Assembly (NCBI GenBank): GCA_010093705.1
Contig: MU006091.1
Span: 1,736,001-1,800,000, forward strand
Reading direction: 5' to 3'
Length of the DNA: 64,000 nucleotides
DNA from: Patellaria atrata CBS 101060
Lineage: Eukaryota
Under the pieces are notes generated by a model that saw nothing but the letters and a program-made list of their open reading frames with translations, was not told the origin of the DNA and made no database searches. Positions 13,421 to 26,670 of this stretch are shown in pieces (the first letter of the stretch is position 1; each line of letters opens with the position of its first letter). The position numbers were made by a program, and so were the translations under genes.

Positions 13421-13768
13421 TATCACAGCGAACCTTGCAGACCGTAGACTATAACCATTGAGGCTACGTCGTCCTTCCAGTCCCACTCTGACAGTACGCT
13501 ATCATTCGTACAGAAAACGTGCTGTAGACAAACTATAACAACTACTCGAACATACGAACAATAGATATATCATCTAGTACACTATATACACCCGTTAGTA
13601 GGACCGAAATATACAGTGCGTTATGCGGTAAATTTGAAGTACTAACTATTAGGATGGAGAATATGGGCTGGTTAGGTTCGATCTGCTCGCGATAATGTCC
13701 TATGCCACTAATTTCAATTTTAGGAATTGAATTGTAGTTCTAAAATTACTACGATTAGAACGCCATCC

Positions 13769-14704
13769 TCATCGTCTTCTCGTAGAACCAAAACCGGTGC
13801 TTTCATATCTCGATGTTGAAGGGGACGAAGCTCCCCTTGAGGAACCCTCCCCACCATTATCCCTACGTCCACCGCCAAACCAGGAGGATGATGGTTGCGC
13901 GTAAGTCTCCCTAGTATTATTGCTCCTGCCTAGCCCCCTACCAGCCATGTAAGCCGCTCCAGCTCCAGCAGCGGCTCCAGACCAGAATCCAGGCCTCCAT
14001 GACTCTTGCGAAGTAGGTGATCGCGTATATTTTGATCTCGGTGGGAGGTGGTCGTAAGGAGGAGGTGGATCATCGTCGTCTCCACCACCACCACCCGAAC
14101 CTCCACCTCCCCATCTCGGGGCCTGTGGTCCTTGTGGTCCTCCCACTCCGCCATTTGGTTTGAAGAAGGCTAAATATACCATCCATGCAGCCACCGCGAA
14201 GAACAAAATCCAGAACAACACGCCTATTAATCCTGCACTCCCTTCATCGCTGTCTTGAGATTTCTTTCCCCAATTCGTCCATTTGCGTCCGTACTTTTCT
14301 TCCCCTTTTTCTGTCAAGACCAGTCGATATTCGACGCCACAGCTCCCCTTTAAGACGTATGGATCTTCAGGTGAATCGTAGCCCTCGCAGAACACATCCG
14401 TACTACCCAACTTGAATTCCTCGGGAAGACTGGCTGTGCAGGTCCATTGCACATTATCATCATCGTAATCCGAGCCACTGTTGGTGCATCGCATGACATC
14501 GACTTCGTAAATACCCTTCGCAGAACCACCGACACATTGGAGTTGGGGGACAGCGGGGACGCGACGATGCGAGGTCTTAAGGCCTTTGCGGAGAGTGAGG
14601 GTCTTAATATTGGATAGAAGGACACTATTTGACGGTTTGCGTGCGGCCGAGGATGGAGTAGTGTGGAAAAGCAGGATAAGAGGGAGGACGTCGTGTAACT
14701 GCAT
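13769..14704 (-). CDS. Store-operated calcium entry-associated regulatory factor (SARAF/TMEM66, DUF1183)
   Basis: Signal peptide, TSHRRVPAVPQLQCVGG, QWTCTASLP, FCEGYDSPEDPYVLKGSCGVEYRL, one TM helix, a PPPPY motif and the C-terminal STGFGSTRRR. Confidence 0.9.
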   Translation of the reverse strand: MQLHDVLPLILLFHTTPSSAARKPSNSVLLSNIKTLTLRKGLKTSHRRVPAVPQLQCVGGSAKGIYEVDVMRCTNSGSDYDDDNVQWTCTASLPEEFKLGSTDVFCEGYDSPEDPYVLKGSCGVEYRLVLTEKGEEKYGRKWTNWGKKSQDSDEGSAGLIGVLFWILFFAVAAWMVYLAFFKPNGGVGGPQGPQAPRWGGGGSGGGGGDDDDPPPPYDHLPPRSKYTRSPTSQESWRPGFWSGAAAGAGAAYMAGRGLGRSNNTRETYAQPSSSWFGGGRRDNGGEGSSRGASSPSTSRYESTGFGSTRRR

Positions 14705-15772
14705 TTTGGTAGGACTTGGGTAGTTCTACTGTACTATGATGTGAGAAAAGAAGGTTTTAATGCAGAACATGAATTTCGCATCTTTGGGGAATGAGGACAC
14801 GGTTGTCTTCACGCGTAAGGCAATTTTTTTTTTTCGTGAGGCAAGAATCTTTCATGACCACAACAATGACCTCAGAGCACGTTGGTTTTGCCGAGCATTT
14901 GCGAGCTTTATTTCCAACTTCAACCTGCTGTTCTTGCAAAGGTATCATCACAACCTAATACGTACTTCTTGTTATTCGTAGCTGATCTGTTACGATATAG
15001 AGAAAGCAGAAGTTTTACCAGTTCTAAAGTAGGACTGTAGGAGTGTTTGTTGATTTCATACTTCCAGCTCTACCTTCAAACAGCATATCTATTTTATTAT
15101 CATTATACGCAATTTTCGCACGAGATTCAGTCGGCCTGATCTGGATCCTTGTATTGTATATCCATTCTTGTAGTATCACAACTTGGAGCTAAAGACAGAT
15201 TCTTATTTTTATCCATACCCCTTGCTCTCAATCTATCTGTATATCAACCCCACCTTTGAATAGCCCGTTCCCCCATGCTATTCGAATATACCCCGATCTT
15301 AATGTCTTCATTTTTGAAAATACGACTTCTCATAAGATGTTCGATTGACTATAATCCCTGAAATTTCATGATGCGGGGAAGCGAGAGTCATATCAAGCGG
15401 CTGAGGTGTATCTTACCGACAGCACACCGCACTTGGATTCGTCTGAGGCTCTAATGGAATTCGAATAGATTCAGAGAATATGTAGCTCCCGGTTCTCCTG
15501 TCGACGGCTCAAGGCATTCCATCAATCTACAATTTTACTGGTGGAGAATCTGCACGAGGACACTTGCGATTCGTTTTCTAAGCGCATCCAGTTTGCGAAC
15601 AACTACAATACCAAGACAAATATATTTTGTAGGTATCGTCCACCCGATATGAATTTGTGCCGTTCGTCCTTCAATGCGACTTTTACCGAGAACACGCAAT
15701 GGATCCTGAAGCGGTACTCGTACTTATAACTGGTTCTCTCTACATAGTCAATGGGTGGCTAAAGCCGATTGA

Positions 15773-17278
<1,506 letters not shown>

Positions 17279-17817
17279 ATATTGCAGTATCTCCTTTTCC
17301 TTTATTGATCAGAACACTGCCAACAAAATCGAGTAATTTAAACATGTGAACGATTAGAAATTTCAACCATTTACAGTACCCATGGCCAAACCGTACTTGA
17401 CGAATATTAATCCAGATTCAACATTTTTAGCAAACCGGTTGTCAGAATAATTCTACAATCCGAACTTGCTGTTGTTTTCGTTCAAGATTCAGGGGTTTGG
17501 CCGTTCCGCCGTTGGGGCTAAAATTACTCCTTGCCCTGCAAGTATACCTCAGTAGTAATATGACATAATGACATAAGGGCGAACAGTTATTGCACGTGCT
17601 TCCGCACCATGAACGCGAACATGGGATGACATCATATTATAAACACGGCTCCGGTAGCTCAGGGGAAACTGATAGGAACATAAAGTATAGTACACCTCAT
17701 CTCGTACCCAAGGCGCGTTTAAAAAGTACCTCCAATTCTCCATCCGTCAAGAATCCTTACGATTGTATTACAGAACCTTCATAACATACAATTGCTTTGC
17801 TTGAATTTATCCAAATC

Positions 17818-18600
17818 ATGCCCGCTACTCGTCATCACGATAGTGGCCATACCGTGACCACTACTTGCAAAGAACCTTATCCGAACCCCGAAACGTCCAA
17901 AGCGTCATCTACCAAAGAGGACAAGGAAAATGATGGTCCTCGTCAAGGACGTAATGGTATATCGGGAGAGAATGATGTTAAGGCTAGAACGAGGGGAAAA
18001 ACTACTTCAACCTCTAGCGACGGAGCTTAGAAGCGTCCTAATTTGCCGAAAAATTATCTGAGTATTGAATTAGAGGAAATCAATGGAGAGATTCCCGTCT
18101 ATGAGACGGTAAGTATCATAATTATCTCTCATATAGCGGGTTGGATGAAAAGGATACCGATCTTAGTGATACACCCAGGCTACCATCATACGACGCAAGC
18201 TGAACAAACTCCTTACAGACAAACCCCTATTCTAGTAATAGACAAAAAGTTTAATAAGAAAACGATGTTGGAGTAAATGTTATTTCTCTCTGAACGTCAT
18301 CATCATGTTGAAACGGCGAACAAGACATGGAGTCCAGGACCAGGAGCAAGATCTTTGGATAAGTTCCTCAAAGCGTCCGGAACAATGGGAGGGGCAGATA
18401 GCAAAGCATATTACTGGGGTAATATACTTCTTGAGGAGCTGAGGATCTGGAATGGTAACGCGAAAACGAAGGCTCGCCTGGATGCAGAGAAGGTGTATTT
18501 CTTCTACATATACGCAATGTCATCCACTTTACAGCTGCGTACTGACCATTGTTCCTTAGATTCCCGGTAGGACGTCTAAGGGTTGATCCCAAACATATGA
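17818..18600 (+). pseudogene. Fragmented conserved fungal hypothetical protein
   Basis: Protein-like pieces (YLSIELEEINGEIPVYET; FLKASGTMGGADSKAYYWGNILLEELRIWNG..KTKARLDAEK) separated by in-frame stops (TAG at about 18028). Confidence 0.35.
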
Positions 18601-19321
18601 GGAAATTGTGTAAGAAAGGAGACCCTAGACACTCATTAGCTGAAATGTCGAATTTGAAACGTTAATAAGACATAATGAGTAGTTTTAGCCATTAGAAATA
18701 CTTTTGTTCCTCCTCCAAAGCTTACTATGATCGTGTTCCCACATATAACGCATCGGTTGTGAGAAAGGCGATCAGGATAATTCAATAGTTGGATTGTCAT
18801 TTCTCTTGATTAGAACTACAATATCTATGTTATTATCCGTCAGAGGTGAAATTGCGATACTACCAAGATCTCTTCTTCCCTTCCAGTTCGAGTCTAACCC
18901 TGGCTACCTTAGTTATCATTTTTCATGCAACGAAAATAGCTTCTTCGCATGATGTGAACGCGTAAAGCTATCTGGAAATTTTCCCGGTTCTTGCAGTCTA
19001 CTGGTAATTCTAATCGTGACTTGCGCATATATGGAACCTACGTCAAAGATTCCGTGAAAAGTTGTAGAAAGTAATTAATTAATGGTAGAGTATGTAAATA
19101 GTACAGGATGAAGACAGTATTTGGAACAGATGGTTAGGTTGCAGTTGGTACTAGTCCTAAGGTAGTTGGCTCCTGAAATCTTCATGGCGGGAGTGCATCT
19201 ATCTACCTTATACCTCAGTTAAAAGGCGACAATACTTCCGGTGGTCTCTCCTTTCATTTACTGTAAATCCGGTGGCTTATAAGGTAATTTCTAGTTCTGG
19301 TTCTACCGTAGAACTCTCGAT

Positions 19322-20728
19322 ATGCCCCTCCGCGAATGCGACCTCATATTTCCAGAACTCTCGACCGACTTCTCGACGACCCTGCACTCGCTCAAACGTG
19401 CAGCGCTCTCTGTACATAACCGTCTGAATTCTATCGCAGCCGACGCCGTATTCGTCTCCCGTGTTGCTGATGCTTACAGCCTGCCCCTGATTGCAAACGA
19501 ACGGTGCGGTAGTTGGTATATCCCCCCAATTCGGAAATCAGGGAGCGCCTACTTCAAGAGCACGGATGGACATACAGGGCAATGGGCGTTTAGCACGAGG
19601 AGACTGAACCTCGGTGTCTTGGAGATAATTGGGAAGAACGACGGTTGTGTCATCGTAGATTCCACGAGAAGGGGGAAGAGCATGCCGGATGCATTATCGA
19701 AGACAGTGCCGATATGGTGTGCAGTTTTGAATAAGGTGCTATTCCCCGGTATCTCGGATTCGGGGAATGTGCAAACCCCTCCTGGAGTTGTTTCACCATC
19801 TGAGCATAACCAGATCGAAAACAAGATGATGGAATTTGTAGAGAGCTTTCAACTACTGGAATTAGACGTAAAAGGCCTGAAAGAGAAAGTCTGCAAGCCA
19901 TTACACCCTCTCTGGGTTACCCACGATTCTACCTTGCCGTCTCTACCCCCAAAGTTCCATAATTTCCATCCGGTCGTCCTTTGTACCTCTTCCCCAAAGA
20001 TTGTCGGAGGTGAGATATCGGAAGGAGGCTATATCCAGGGCGCTGGTGATGATAGTGAGAGTTGGGCCTGCGGTCTTACTGCCCCAATCTTCTGGAAACA
20101 CAGGGAACTCTTGTTGACTACCCCAGAGGAACACCTTCCTTCGGTCATCACTTCGTTGGTTCGGATGTCTACCGTAAAGATCACGACATCCGATATTGTT
20201 GCGATCAAGCATGCTCCTTGGTTGTTCATAGGGTCGGACACCTGTCTTGATGGACTACAAGCCCACGATCCTGGTATGGTGTTGCATTGCGCAGAAAGTC
20301 GATCGAAGGAAGCAGCTGAGTATCTTAAGGGGCGATATCTCTTTCTAAACTGCAGGAGAGGTAAGTTGGGAAGTCGAGATCTGCGTCAACAGTTACTCAA
20401 TACGAAGGCCTTGATGGACTCTTTAGTCCAACAGCCATTCTCCCCAAAAGTATTTATCTGCTGTCCTACCGGTAATGATTTGGCCGTTGGTGTTGCATTA
20501 GCAGTTTTATGTCTCTATTCCGATAGTCAAGGTACTGAAATCTTCCCCCTTAGGATTAAATACGGAATTTCATGATCTTTAGGCAACCGAAGCGTTTCTC
20601 CATCTAGTCTCATAGACAAAGTATACGTTCGCAAACGTCTAAGCTGGATTGTGTCATCGAGAGAACAAGCCAATCCCTCAAGGGCTACGCTGCAGTCCGT
20701 GAACGCATTTCTCATGAGCTCAGGGTGA
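19322..20728 (+). CDS. RIT1: Initiator tRNA A64 2'-O-ribosylphosphate transferase Rit1; intron at about 20532-20583
   Basis: LIANERCGSWY, YFKSTDGHTGQW, VDSTRRGKSMPDALSKTVPIWCAV, YIQGAGDDSESW, and the C-terminal NPSRATLQSVNAFLM. Confidence 0.93.
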
Positions 20729-21291
20729 AATTAATCGTTCTCCTTCTCATAACGATCGATACTCCTTGTTAATATATGGTCTACGTACGATCGCCGCCGA
20801 ATGCTGAAACTTGGTGTTTTGTCAGGTCGAGGATATACATCCTGTAGCCCTCGGACAGCTTGCATTCGGCTGTACAGTACAATATAAAACACTTCGTTCT
20901 GTGGAACTGGAGTTCCTTTCTTCTGGAAACTATTCAGTTTGTTAGAGATACTATAGACTAGGAAAGAGATGGCTGCGGTGGCGTTTGTCTTTTGCCAGCT
21001 TGCAGGAGGTTGTCCCTCTTCTGAGGTGTGTCCCTCTAGAATTATATGCTCTTCTACCTATCGTGACCCCCTGTATGCGTAGGCCGAACGAAACTGCGAT
21101 CCGTCCTTTGCAGAGCTGTACTATACAATCTCGCAGGGAGACCAATCACTGGTATGGCCCTCTAGGTACTGCGACTGTACATTCACTGAGGTATGTCTGA
21201 AATATTACATAGGAAGAGGGAAAGACGGGAGGTGCTTTTAGCATGTTCAGTTTATTAACTTTTAATATTCAAAGGGCTCTAGAGTTACGTG

Positions 21292-21315
21292 TTCATCTGA
21301 GGTTGAGCCATGACA
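21292..21315. mobile_element. LTR terminus related to the solo-LTR family at 27222 and 57360
   Basis: TTCATCTGAGGTTGAGCCATGACA is an exact 24-bp reverse complement of 57360-57383. The sequence further upstream diverges, and no other end with a matching TSD was found. Confidence 0.6.
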
Positions 21316-22462
21316 GAAGGTGCCGAACACAAGAGTGATGATAAAGACATCTACGGCAGACCACCTAAATGCGCTCTTGACTTACCCGTTCAGCAGTTGA
21401 TGGAGCTCATCTTCAGTCAGAACATCTTCGCTGCTGTCACCACGGATCTCAAACTACGACAGCAACAAGCTTTCTCTCGGGAAGCTCAGTAAAACAGCCA
21501 TCAGCCGTGGTTTCCAAACTCTCAAAGATCTGTGTGACTCGTTGCAAGATCAAACTTTAGGAAGCACGACCTACAAAATGGACGTTCAGGCTTCAGTTGA
21601 ACATTATCTAATCTCTACTACTCGCTGATTCCACACCACTTCGGCCGCAATCGTCCACCAGTCCTCCGTGACATCGCTAGTTGAAAAAGGAAATCGATGT
21701 CCTTGATTCACTTGGAACTATGAGGGAGACTTCTCTGATCATTGAAAAACTTAGTCCTCTAGATAGATTATGCCATGGGCTAGGGCTAGAAGAATTAACC
21801 CCTTTGGACGCACTGGCCGAGGAATTTATAGAACTAGCCGACTACTTATGTCATAGCTGGGGACCAACGCATAATATCAACTATGATATTCAGAATATCT
21901 TCCGGACTGAGCGCCGAGGCGAACGTGATAGATTTTTAAAAGGTATCCCTAGCGATCGCCGCCTGCTATGGCACGGCTCCCGTTCTACGAATTTTGGCGG
22001 TATACTTAGTCAAGGGCTCCGTATAGCTCCCCCCGAGGCTCACGTATCCGGATATATGTTTGGTAAAGGGATATATCTCGCGGATATATCTTCAAAATTG
22101 GCTGGGTATTGTTTCCCGTATATCTCAAATGGCCATGCACTCCGCCTATTATGTAAGGCTAAACTAGGAAGGCCAGTACAGTACATGGGGCCAAGGTATT
22201 ATAGGCCCAAAGACCTAGAAGGATGCTAGTTGTGTACACCCCTCGCTGACTGGGGTGATGATGGTACGTCAATCTTCCCACTATGTACAATTTGGCTCCT
22301 TTTTCAAGTGACGAACGCTAATCGCTTGTGTTATACCGGCCTGATATGTCCGTAGAACTTGGTTTTATGGGTATTCCTAATGCTACACTTTATTATAATG
22401 AGTATATCTGTTACGATACTGCTCAGGTCCGCATCCGATACCTGTTCAGGGTTCTGATGTAG
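21316..22462 (+). pseudogene. Poly(ADP-ribose) polymerase fragment (regulatory + catalytic domains), 5'-truncated and frameshifted
   Basis: PVQQLMELIF, YYSLIPHHFGRNRPP, RRLLWHGSRSTNFGGILSQGLRIAPPEA..GYMFGKGIYLAD, and LYYNEYICYDTAQVRIRYLFRV. Several frameshifts, and no BRCT/WGR portion. Confidence 0.85.
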
Positions 22463-23349
22463 AAGATTGCGCCGAGTCAGTTGGAGATAGGGGAATACCC
22501 GGAAAGGTAGTGCACTATAATATACATGATGCTTAAACCCGTTCCGGTCCTCTTTACCTTTACGTGCTGAAAATGCTGATCTGTATCGTGTGTCGCACTG
22601 TATGGAATGATTCCCCAGTAGTACGCCCTTTCTCTGATACCTCTCTATCTAGACACATAAATTTGCAACATCAAAGGCTATGTAACTACGAATTCAGGGT
22701 GTATTACCCTTCTACTTGATCCGTAGGACATATATTATCTTTTCTCCTCCCTCTGAATACCCTTGGACGTTGTGGATATAGCATATATCGTTCACTCTCC
22801 TCAGTTTAGGTATTCCTCTGCAATAGTTATAAGTCATTTTTTGATACCCTCCCTCGATAACGAAACACCTTATAGCTTAGAGGAAAGAGGTAATGCGTTT
22901 AGATAATATGCCGTGTATACCCTTTTGCACTTGGGCAGTGCATATTGATTATTTTCATCTCAAACTTATACGCGGAAGGGACATTTATCAAAGACTCTAA
23001 TTATATTTCTGCTAAACCGTACTAGAAAAGCATATGTACCTTAGTAATTCGTTAATTAGGAGATATGTTATATTTGAATACTCAATTGCTTCCGCTACTA
23101 CTATCCAAGTCCAAGCACTTTTATGAACCTACAAATCACGTCAAATTATCATTAATTATGTAGGTACGCCTAGTCCGACTAAAAGAATTACTCCACGAGT
23201 AGCATATAATCACAGAATTCAAAAGCAAACGTCCAATCATATAGTGTACTGAACTCGGTTTTGGGTGAATGAGGACTTGCATATGGTCTATCTTCCCGTC
23301 ATTACTAATAAGAGAGCGCTCAGTTCTGACTTTCTCTTAACGTCCTGAG

Positions 23350-25951
23350 TGAGTACTTCCACAACGGTACCGAAAGTTCTACATTCACTAGTCATGTTAC
23401 TTAGGGTTGAAATATCGCTTAAGTTACTACCGCTTGCGGACCGACCTATAATAAGAGTGACGCTGCCTGTGACTGGAAGTAAAGCATCGGTTGCCGAGGA
23501 AACGCTTGGAGTATCAACGTCAACTTCCTCGGCGTAAACGTTTGTGCCTCATTTTTTGAGATATCAGCTCTGATCTTTGCAAAAGAGTGATTTTCCAGGG
23601 CAGCAGAACCATTCGGGTCGATATTGCCCGCTAGGACGAAGGAAGCAGTCCCAACATCCACCTTTTTACTGTGTCCGAGCTGTATAGGAAGGCAAACGGC
23701 GTAAAGATCACCAAGGTACCAGAGTAGACGACGTGAATTTGCGGTTTCCCGGTTTTCTCGGCCGCGATTATCCTGATTGTTATTACTTGGAGGTGGTCTG
23801 ATACACTAAATCCAGAAGCAACACGGGTGTGTGATTTGTGTTTGCGAGTTTTTGGATCATAATGCCTTTGAAAAGAGAAGAATCTAGAAAAACAGCTACG
23901 CTAGACACTGCACTAACTTTTCCGAAGAGTTCGAGACCGAGACCGAGAATTCACTGTTAACTAAAGGGGTCTGTCCAAGGACGATGGGGGCTCGTAGATA
24001 TTGCTAGTCTCACTCCGGGGAACGAGGATGAAGTCGGTCTTACTCTCTTCAGCGTGGAAACCCAAGGTGTCAACCAAAGTATCTTCGGCGGCGGCGACGG
24101 TGAACGGACGAGATACAATAATATCCCGCGTCTTGTGCTGGATGGATACTCTAAATGCCTTGATGATCGGATTACGAGTTGCATGCTCTTCGATCTCGGA
24201 CACTTCTATCACAGAAGAGTTACGTTTGCTAAATTCTAGCAGAAGATTTGGAGGGGTCTTTGATACGCATCTTCTGAAGGCTTGATGTCGGTCGTTGTCT
24301 CCTCAAACATGTCAGACGGCTGAATCCCGACAGCCTTGTTTTGTATATGATGTAGTTAGTACCTGTCAGACTGAACATTAGGCATATCTCCTACTTTCTC
24401 ACGCTAGTTGTTGGTACCATTCCTTTAATATGGCTGGCTAGTAGGCATACACGCTGTTGCCTACTTGTTCTCATGTATATAAACACTCGTTAGAATAGTC
24501 ACTAAACAAGCAAGCGACTATTTTCAGTTATCAGAAATCTCACAAAACACGCCCCTTTTACCGCCGAGCATTTTTTTTTGGCCGTGTTTCACTACAGACT
24601 CTTCGGAAATTGTTGCTGGTTGTCCCACTTGACCGATAAGTAGGGAGACAGTGGAGTTGAGGTAGAAAACCCCATCTGTTTGAACATAGACGAGAACACA
24701 ATTAGCAGCATCTAACTTTGAGGGATGCGTCCGTTTCATCGTACTCGATCCGAGGTCGCGTTGTTATCCCAATTGATTTTGCCCTTCTTCTACAACTCAA
24801 GAAGCTCCTGGTATCAAGGAGGATACAACCAGATGGCTTGAGGAGTGGTTGAGTTGCTTATTCGCGCTAGAACATCCCAATCAATGACTATAATAATCAA
24901 ATTTCATAATGCAAAGATTAGACTTATTAATCTGTTTGAGAGAGTCCGGATAGCACAAGATAAACCACGGTTATCGCAATCACGTAACCCTAGATTTTGC
25001 TACTGTCAAGGAGGCCCAGGTTGGTATTGTAACCCGATAGAGCAAAGAACATGGGAATGACTAGGGTCAAGATATGATTCTCAATCTTCCCGGTTAGCTT
25101 GATAGCCAAATCAGGGACTATGAAGATCATGTTAGTCCAACCATGAAAGTACTAAAATCGAAATGAACCCGATAATACTCCTAAAAATACTGGAGAAGGA
25201 CCACCGAGAGTGTTAAGGTTACTACACAGAGAGCGAGTAAGACTCAGCGTACGACATCGTTCGCCATACCGGATGAGAGGACGATGATATCGACTGCGGT
25301 GTTGAGAATCCTCAGCGAGTTTAGAATACGGCACAATACTGGAAATGCAGTAATTGCCATAATGACACCAAGAGAGCAAAGAGTCCGAATGAGATAGGTT
25401 CAATAGCTGGCTCATTCTTGAACTCGTTGTACGAACCGTCGATTATGGTAAAAGCTCAAGCCGAACGGAATTTCCCTGTCCAAGCAATCAACGTCCGGTG
25501 TAATTTACAGTTACTGAGTGAATAGTTTAAGTTGAGTTCCTGACTAACCAAAAACAAAAACAGGACGAGATCAATGTTTGCGATAAGCGTTAAAGTCGAC
25601 GTAGAAGCCGCTGGAAAGATTGCACCTTGAAAACTAAGTATACGAATCAAGATGATGCCCTTTGATAACGTTAGAAGCTTCTGATAGTACTAAATACAGT
25701 AAGTAACAGTAAGGAATAATTTACCCTTATCACTTATGCGATGATTCGGGATTGCTAGGTTCTAAGACAGGGGCCAGTATAGAAGTCCCGTCAGGGGTGT
25801 AATAAGAATTACTTGAATGATGAATAGTACAATTGGGTTCTTCGGATTGGGGACGGCGTGATCCATGCCCTCAACGATACCGCCCTTACTTTGGCATCCT
25901 GGATGCACCACTGGCTGTAGAGGTAGCTGAAGATGAAATGGTAGTAGGCAT
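23350..25951 (-). pseudogene. Kha1-type K+/H+ (CPA2) antiporter pseudogene
   Basis: MPTT...K*GGIVEG...NPKNPIVLFIIQV...LLYWPLS; GVIMAITAFPVLCRILNSLRILNT...VLSSGMANDVV; NPIIKAFR...DFILVPRSETS. Many stops and frameshifts. Confidence 0.8.
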
Positions 25952-26670
25952 ATTGAATGAGAACGGCGAATACAAAGGGGATCCTCTAGAGTTGCGTCTG
26001 GGTCTAGATCTTTTAGCCCTCGGTTGAAAGGTAGACAAAGAGTTACAAAGCTGTGCAGAAAGTGAAGTTGGGGGATACAGTACGTAGTTACACGGCCAGG
26101 TGAAGCGTTATTTATACCCGCATGCATGTATGAGAGGGAGCTTGCGTAGTAGAAGCGTAGTAGATAAACAGCAATGCTTCGTGCTGTAGTTCTACTGCTG
26201 TTTCTTCTTGATTTCCTATGTCTGATATACACCACTTAGGGAGTTTTATTAGATACAAGGCAATTTGTCTTATCAGCAACCCTTCCAGTAGTTGCATGAG
26301 GGTTAGAACTCTTCTGGTATAAAAGTTCGGTGTCAGTTCAGGTGTCAGCACGCGTGGTCGTCATTTTAGCTGTTTCAATGTGTTAGAGTATTGGCAACCA
26401 GGATTAACGCGCTGCTCGCTTATTTCGCCACGGACTATGGAATCGGAGTAACTAGGGTTACTAATCTGATACAGCACACTATCTTTTCGTTCCTTACTGT
26501 TGGTACTATTTTCGTTATTTTCTAAGGCACAGATTTCATACTGTTCCGTCCTTTTATGTACACACCTGCAGTATATAATAGCTAGATAGAACCACTCTTT
26601 AAGAATCAAGCATGCATTTTTTCAGCTACCGCAGCAATCCGACACAATGCCAGAGGAAGAATTGAAACAG

